Of a stretch of DNA of 64,000 bases, positions 58,847 to 64,000 are shown piece by piece. Source of the DNA: Polyangiaceae bacterium (GTDB taxonomy: Bacteria > Myxococcota_A > Polyangia > Polyangiales > Polyangiaceae). Position numbers and translations under genes: made by a program. Each line of letters opens with the position of its first letter. Within the stretch, counting starts at the first letter, position 1. Under the pieces are notes generated by a model, which worked only from the letters and a program-made list of their open reading frames with translations, was not told the origin of the DNA and did no database searches. The stretch is taken from assembly GCA_033763455.1 (NCBI GenBank), contig JANRKO010000043.1:133512-197511 (forward strand), in the 5' to 3' direction.

Positions 58847-59496
58847 GACAAAATTCGAGTGGATCCAAAATTGCAACCATCGGACTCCTCGGCTTCCGCG
58901 ACGAGACGTGGCAGCGTCTCTCGTGCGCGCGCAAGCCATTGATTAAGACTTTCGGCATCCTCGGGGATCGCACTCAACGCCACACCCTGTGCAATTTGAA
59001 CCATAGCTTTGGTGTTTTGAAACCCTCGAACTCGCGTTTGGCTTTGGGCGGCAGTTTTGCTGAATTTCTCTGTTCGGAATTCTCCCAACATTGCGAGAAC
59101 CCAAGCCTCCAACACGGGAACTGCGGTCCCACCGATGATGGCAACCTCTGGGTACATCTGTTCCGCCTTGGCGGTCGCAGCTTCAATGATCCGCACTCGT
59201 TCCGCGCTATCGTCGGCATCGCGAACAAACGCCAGAACGCGAGCTTGTGCACGTTTCGCGTCAAGGGCCAGCGCGAGGACATTTCGTTCGTCTGCGGGAG
59301 CAGGAGGCTTCACCCGCAGCTTTACAAGCTTGCACCAAGTCTTTGCGCCAAGCACCACCCACCCAGTTTCCTGGACCCTTCTCAACAGTGCTTCGATGAG
59401 GCCTATTTCTTTAGAGTCGTCATAGGGCGCCGCCAGCGCGCGGCCTCCGAGTTCATTCCGCCCCTCACCCCCGAGGTACACGCCAACTTCACTCAT
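58843..59496 (-). CDS. TOPRIM-like protein (DUF4276/DUF4435-like partner of an ABC ATPase)
   Basis: VYLGGEGRNE and FVRDADD (E and DxD motifs), VLEAWVL; overlaps the ATPase stop. Confidence 0.6.
   Translation of the reverse strand: MSEVGVYLGGEGRNELGGRALAAPYDDSKEIGLIEALLRRVQETGWVVLGAKTWCKLVKLRVKPPAPADERNVLALALDAKRAQARVLAFVRDADDSAERVRIIEAATAKAEQMYPEVAIIGGTAVPVLEAWVLAMLGEFRTEKFSKTAAQSQTRVRGFQNTKAMVQIAQGVALSAIPEDAESLNQWLARARETLPRLVAEAEESDGCNFGSTRILS
58846..58872 (+). repeat. 27-bp direct repeat, copy 1
   Basis: GGACAAAATTCGAGTGGATCCAAAATT, identical to 60706-60732. Confidence 0.95.
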
Positions 59497-60565
59497 GCGT
59501 GCTCTTTCCGGTCAGAAGAGCCTTCTCTTCCGCGCCATCACAATAACTCACCCAAAACTCCCCAGGCTGGTAGACCTTCATCGCATCATCAAAGCCCGGG
59601 ACATCTTTAAGCAAAACGGCCTGGGTTCCCGAATCAGCACCCCGAGTGATAACGCTCACTTCCGGACCCTGCAGCTCATTGACCACAAGGGGGCTATGAG
59701 TTGCAATGATAACCTGCGTGCGCTCAGATAGCTCCCGAAGAATTTTCACTACTTCGGCGATTCTGGCGGGGTGCAAACCATTCTCGGGTTCTTCGACGAG
59801 CAGCAGCGTGGTGCGCTCAAGATGCTGGATTGCGGCATAGCCCAAGAAGTACAGGAGACCCTCGCTCATCGCATCAGCCGGTACGATAGTGCCGTTCGTT
59901 AGCTCTACTTCCAAGGCTACGGCGTTATTTTCGACGGTCGGAACTCGGAGTGTTCTCACCGTTGGAAAAAGTGTTCTGACTCGATCGCGTAGGGCGACGA
60001 AGCCATCCACATCACGGGTATTGATAGCCTGGTAAACGCTCGCGAGCCCTTTTCCCCGCTCATCGAAGAAGCGCACAGGCTCCTGTGAAAGGATTTGCGG
60101 TGCAGGCTCCCTCAATGCATTCGGATCTAGCCGGAGCATCGTCGCGGTCGTCAATCGACTCGCAAGCGTCTGGACGGAGGGCAATTCGGATGGTTTCGAA
60201 AGAAGGCCTGGGACACTCGACGCCCGTGCATTTGTATCGGTAAGAACCCGCCGCTCATGCTCCCATACTGATTCCCAGATCCCACCTCGGCCGCGGCTCT
60301 CCAACATGTACGCAAGCTCGTCCCTATAATGCAGCGCTATCTGCTGGCCATCGTCCTCGAGACCCATCATCGTCTTGAACGGGTTTGCCGTATCCCAAAA
60401 TCTCCCCGCTGCAAACTGTGCCGCCGTTCTCATTGCGCGGAGAATGGTGCTCTTCCCGCTATCGTTTGGGCCAATCAGCGCGTGAATCGGGCTGAGGCTC
60501 ACTGAGACGTTGCGGGCACAGCCGTAACGCTGGATGTCCACTCGTTGGATGTAGTCGTCGTTCAT
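59489..60565 (-). CDS. ABC-type (AAA_15/AAA_21) ATPase
   Basis: GPNDSGKST, MSEG signature, LLVEEPENGLHP, IATHSP. Confidence 0.9.
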   Translation of the reverse strand: MNDDYIQRVDIQRYGCARNVSVSLSPIHALIGPNDSGKSTILRAMRTAAQFAAGRFWDTANPFKTMMGLEDDGQQIALHYRDELAYMLESRGRGGIWESVWEHERRVLTDTNARASSVPGLLSKPSELPSVQTLASRLTTATMLRLDPNALREPAPQILSQEPVRFFDERGKGLASVYQAINTRDVDGFVALRDRVRTLFPTVRTLRVPTVENNAVALEVELTNGTIVPADAMSEGLLYFLGYAAIQHLERTTLLLVEEPENGLHPARIAEVVKILRELSERTQVIIATHSPLVVNELQGPEVSVITRGADSGTQAVLLKDVPGFDDAMKVYQPGEFWVSYCDGAEEKALLTGKSTHE

Positions 60566-60705
60566 GGAGAGGTCTCCGCTTTTTGGGCCCGGCTAGACGA
60601 GCGAAAATGCAACGGGTGCAAGGATGCGGTCAAGCCGCCAAAACCGCAACGCTGTGGGCTGCCAGTCGCCGCCGCTCGTCGCGTTAGAGGGACTCAGTTT
60701 GGATT

Positions 60706-60747
60706 GGACAAAATTCGAGTGGATCCAAAATTAGACTGGACAAAATT
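60706..60747 (+). repeat. 27-bp direct repeat copy 2, within an array of CAAAATT units upstream of the AAA_14 gene
   Basis: CAAAATT at 60709, 60726 and 60741; GGACAAAATT at 60706 and 60738 (32 bp apart). Confidence 0.9.
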
Positions 60748-60770
60748 AGGATTAGACCTAGATTTGACCT

Positions 60771-61943
60771 GTGCTAGCTCGCCGCCTTGAAGCGCATTTG
60801 GACCAGGATCTAACCAAGAAAATGGTGATCCTTTCGGGTCCACGGCAGTGCGGGAAAACCACCCTTGCGAGGGAACGGGTTCGCTCTCTTGGCGGGGCGT
60901 ATTACAGCTGGGACAAGCACGCTGACAGGCTCACCATCCAGAATCGGGATCTCGATCACGGCGCCAAGCTTTGGGCGTTTGATGAGCTTCACAAATACCG
61001 GAAGTGGCGAGCACTTCTGAAGGAGCTTGCTGATACCGAGGGGCAGAGGCCAATCCTTGTCACGGGTAGCGCGAAGCTCGAGCTCTACGGGCGTGGTGGG
61101 GATTCACTACAAGGCCGATACTTCCCGCACCACCTTCATCCGCTAACCTACGGCGAAGTCTACGGGGTCCCGTTTGCCGAGCTGGATCAGCTTGCGCTAC
61201 TGCCCAACGCTCCACCTGATGTTGATATGTTGCCGCTTCTGGAGCTAGGGGGCTTTCCCGAGCCGCTGCTTTCAGGATCGGCGAGAAGCGCTGCTCGCTG
61301 GCGTCTTGCCTATGCGGAGCGCGTTGTGCGTGAAGAAGTCACGTCTTTGGAGCAAGTGCGGGACATTGATCGCATGGAGCTCCTCTACGATCGTTTGGCC
61401 GATCTTGCCGGGGGAGTGCTCTCGATCAACGCCTTGCGGGAGGATCTGGAAGTGGCGTTCGATACTGTTCAAAGCTGGGTCGGTATCCTCGAACGGCTCG
61501 ACACTATCTTTCGCATTTCGCCCTTTGGCCCCCCGCGGATCAAGAGCATCAAGAAGGAGCAGAAAGTCTATCATTGGGATTGGGCGCGCTGTACAACGCC
61601 AGGGGCACGCCTTGAGAACATGGTGGCGCTCCACCTTCTGCGGGCCGTAGATTGGGCCAAGGATATCGAGGGCAAGAAGCTTCAGCTCCGCTACTTCAGG
61701 ACGCGAACTGGGCACGAAGTGGACTTCATTTTGCTCCGTGGCAATAAGCCCTGGATCGCCATTGAAGTGAAGACCTCCGAAAATGATTTGTCGCCCAGCC
61801 TGCGCTACTTCTCTGAACGCTTGAAACCGACGCTTGCGCTCCAGGTGGTGTTAAACGGAGCGCGAGAGCGACGCCTCGAGAACATAGGCGCAACAGAAGT
61901 GCGGGTCGCCTCGGTGGCGCGCCTCCTGGCTAATCTTCCGTGA
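60771..61943 (+). CDS. AAA_14 ATPase + DUF4143 protein (paralog of 57674)
   Basis: GPRQCGKTT, FDELHK, GGDSLQGRY, GGFPEP, KKEQKVY, EVDF...IEVK. Confidence 0.9.
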   Translation: MLARRLEAHLDQDLTKKMVILSGPRQCGKTTLARERVRSLGGAYYSWDKHADRLTIQNRDLDHGAKLWAFDELHKYRKWRALLKELADTEGQRPILVTGSAKLELYGRGGDSLQGRYFPHHLHPLTYGEVYGVPFAELDQLALLPNAPPDVDMLPLLELGGFPEPLLSGSARSAARWRLAYAERVVREEVTSLEQVRDIDRMELLYDRLADLAGGVLSINALREDLEVAFDTVQSWVGILERLDTIFRISPFGPPRIKSIKKEQKVYHWDWARCTTPGARLENMVALHLLRAVDWAKDIEGKKLQLRYFRTRTGHEVDFILLRGNKPWIAIEVKTSENDLSPSLRYFSERLKPTLALQVVLNGARERRLENIGATEVRVASVARLLANLP

Positions 61944-62079
61944 GTGGGCGGGAAGCGTGGGTGGGGCCGCGAAGTACAGCGAAGTGCGTGGGAGGCACGA
62001 AGGTTGGGCGTGGGGTGCTGGGGAGGCGGGGGTGCGCGACGGGGCGCCGGGGGGGTTCTGGCATGTTGCCTGCCGGGGA

Positions 62080-62110
62080 TTCCGTTAAATTTACTGTAAA
62101 TATGACGGAA
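62080..62110. promoter_or_regulatory. 31-bp AT-rich imperfect palindrome before the third AAA_14 gene
   Basis: TTCCGTTAAATTTAC-T-GTAAATATGACGGAA, 13 of 15 arm pairs; flanked by GGCATG(C)TTGCCTG direct repeats. Confidence 0.75.
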
Positions 62111-62129
62111 GCGGTGGCATGCTTGCCTG

Positions 62130-63293
62130 GTGTTTCCGCGCCTCCTTGCCCCCGCAGCCTCTAGTTTTTTCCTCTTTGGCCCCCGTGGAACGGGGAAGTC
62201 AACGTGGCTTGCGGAGCACTTTGGCTCCAGCCCCTTGCAGGTAAACCTCCTCAAGTCGTCGGAGTTTCTTGCTTATCAGCGAAATCCATCCCTGCTGAGG
62301 GAGCAAGCAATGGCTTTGCCCAAAGGGGCGTGGGTGACCATTGATGAGGTTCAAAAGCTGCCCGCCTTGCTGGAGGAGGTGCACGCACTGCTGTTCGATC
62401 GGGGCAACGACATCGCTTTCGCACTGAGTGGTTCAAGCGCGCGCAAGCTTAAGCGCGTGCAAGCGAACTTGCTCGCGGGGCGGGCGCTTACGCGCAAAAT
62501 GTTCGTGCTCAGTTGTCTGGAGGTAGGGAAACCCTTCCACCTTCCACAAGCCTTGAGCTTCGGCATGTTGCCAGCGGTTCAGAATGAAGCCACCGACCAA
62601 GCGCGCTCCGAGCGGCTGGACGCGTATGTGGAGACCTACTTAAAAGAAGAGATTCAACAAGAGGCCTTGGTGCGCAACCTGGATTCATTTTTTCGCTTCG
62701 TACAAGTTGCTTCCGTGATGAGTGGGCAGATCCTCAATATCAGTGGTGTGGCACGAGACGTGGGCGTGTCTCGCTCAACAGTGCAAGGTTATTTCGATAT
62801 TCTCATTGATACGTTGATAGGTTGGTACCTTCCGTCCTTTCGCTTAAAGGCGAAAATCAAAGAAATTGCCCACCCGAAATTCTACTTTTTCGACAATGGT
62901 GTCCAACGCGCATTGCTGGGTGAACATAGAAACAAGCCCTCGGCTGCGGACAGCGGGCAATTGTTTGAAGCGTACGTCATGAACGAGATTCGCTTGTTAA
63001 CCGCTTCGCTGAGAATTGGCGCTGAAATGGCCTATTGGCGCACCGAGGCCGGAACCGAGGTGGATCTAATCTGGCATCGAGGGCGGCGTTGCATCGGGTT
63101 CGAGATCAAACACAAGGACCTTTGGGATAAGCGCAACAATGCAGGCTTGGAGACCCTCCTCGCGGAAGGCAAGATTGAACGGGCCTTTGGCATTTACACA
63201 GGCACTCGGCGCCTGCGCCAAGGCAACGTCACTGTGCTTCCGTACACTCACGCTCTCCAGGCAATTCATAGTGGTGAAATAGGGTTTGGCTGA
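62130..63293 (+). CDS. AAA_14 ATPase + DUF4143 protein (more distant subfamily)
   Basis: GPRGTGKST, IDEVQK, SGSSARKL, NLLAGRA, YLKEEI, HPKFYFFD, EVDL...FEIK. Confidence 0.9.
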   Translation: MFPRLLAPAASSFFLFGPRGTGKSTWLAEHFGSSPLQVNLLKSSEFLAYQRNPSLLREQAMALPKGAWVTIDEVQKLPALLEEVHALLFDRGNDIAFALSGSSARKLKRVQANLLAGRALTRKMFVLSCLEVGKPFHLPQALSFGMLPAVQNEATDQARSERLDAYVETYLKEEIQQEALVRNLDSFFRFVQVASVMSGQILNISGVARDVGVSRSTVQGYFDILIDTLIGWYLPSFRLKAKIKEIAHPKFYFFDNGVQRALLGEHRNKPSAADSGQLFEAYVMNEIRLLTASLRIGAEMAYWRTEAGTEVDLIWHRGRRCIGFEIKHKDLWDKRNNAGLETLLAEGKIERAFGIYTGTRRLRQGNVTVLPYTHALQAIHSGEIGFG

Positions 63294-63388
63294 ATGATCG
63301 GACATGCGGCCAAGCGGACTCATCCGCGGCGCGCAAAGACTCAGAATCCCACTAAGAAGTCTAGCCAGCGCCATGACTTCTTAGTGTA

Positions 63389-63791
63389 GTGGCCGCCATC
63401 ATAGAGGCCATCGGCTTCGTGCAAAAACACGCCTGGCGCGGAGCCGAGATCGGTGCTGTGCGGCGCCAAGACCGTTTCAGCTTACCTCCTATTGCGGTAC
63501 GTGAATCTATCATCAACGTCGTAGTTCATGCAGACTACGCCCAAAAAGGTGCTTACCTTGGCGGCGGTGCGAGCGGGCAAGGTTCGTGTTGACCCCGTCA
63601 ATCAGCTCATCCTGGAAGCTCTGGGGCTTCGTAAAGAGGGGTGCTCAACCCAGGAGCTTGCCACAACTATCAAGCTAACACCTCGAGCGACTCGCACGCG
63701 TTTAGTGAAACTAATTGCAGATGGCCTCGTATTGGAGATCGGCTCTGGGCCGCAGGATCCTAAGCGGCGTTACTTTCTTGCCCAGCTTTAG
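63389..63791 (+). pseudogene. Remnant of an AlbA_2/RecG-C (HATPase_c_4) + wHTH regulator; N-terminus and middle deleted
   Basis: PPIAVRESIINVVVHADY fragment, then a frame change near 63550 into the wHTH tail STQELA..I.LTPRATRTRL..L...GLV...GPQDPKRRY. Confidence 0.75.
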
Positions 63792-63861
63792 TCTGCCGCT
63801 AGCGGGCCGCCGCGCACCAGAGCCAAAGTTGACGGCGGAACCCCATTCTGCCCCCCCAACC

Positions 63862-64000
63862 ATCAAGTAAACACCGGGTGTTGCCACCCGGTGCTCCTTA
63901 CAGAACCGGACTTGCGAATTTCCCGCATCCGGCTCTTCGGTTTGTGTTTATTGGAATTGCGTTCGGAGGAAACATCGCGCAGGTCTTGGCCAAATGGTGG
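63862..64000 (-). mobile_element. 3' end of a group II intron (domains V and VI; rest outside window)
   Basis: Minus strand GAGCCGGATGCGGGAAATTCGCAAGTCCGGTTC (DV, AGC triad, GAAA loop; 63903-63935), then DVI hairpin CACCGGGTG-gcaa-CACCCGGTG, ending TTTACTTGAT with A at -7. Confidence 0.92.

Noticed and set aside
56700..63860. Integron cassette array
   Set aside because: No integrase and no recurring paired RYYYAAC...GTTRRRY attC structures; isolated GTTAG/CCAAC words are not enough.

Overview
GC-rich bacterial DNA, most likely Myxococcota (Polyangiaceae-like). This rests on the Cys-rich, Gly/Ser-linker lipoproteins, DUF1552/DUF1592 genes, an AgmX/PglI-type domain and ECF sigma/anti-sigma cassettes. 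Positions ~1.4-45 kb are mostly housekeeping: RpoH-family sigma, rsmI, ffh, thiO, purM, purN, rsmD, truA, trpE, dnaJ, nspC with carboxynorspermidine synthase, and glnS. That stretch also holds a probable three-gene ceramide operon (spt, bCerS-like GNAT, CerR-like SDR) and an orphan FliI/SctN ATPase. Positions ~45-64 kb form an accessory, partly decaying island. It has two ECF cassettes, HigBA, a RelE-like toxin broken by a 5-bp duplication, an ABC-ATPase + TOPRIM-like pair, several pseudogenes and the 3' end of a group II intron at the window edge. The most striking pattern involves four AAA_14/DUF4143-type genes (ATPase-wHTH-PD-(D/E)XK; three intact, one truncated). Each is immediately preceded by its own iterated or palindromic DNA motif. 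In two cases a TA or defence cargo lies between two direct copies of that upstream DNA, which suggests a cargo-capture hotspot (inference). All domain names come from motifs recognised by eye; no database search was run.
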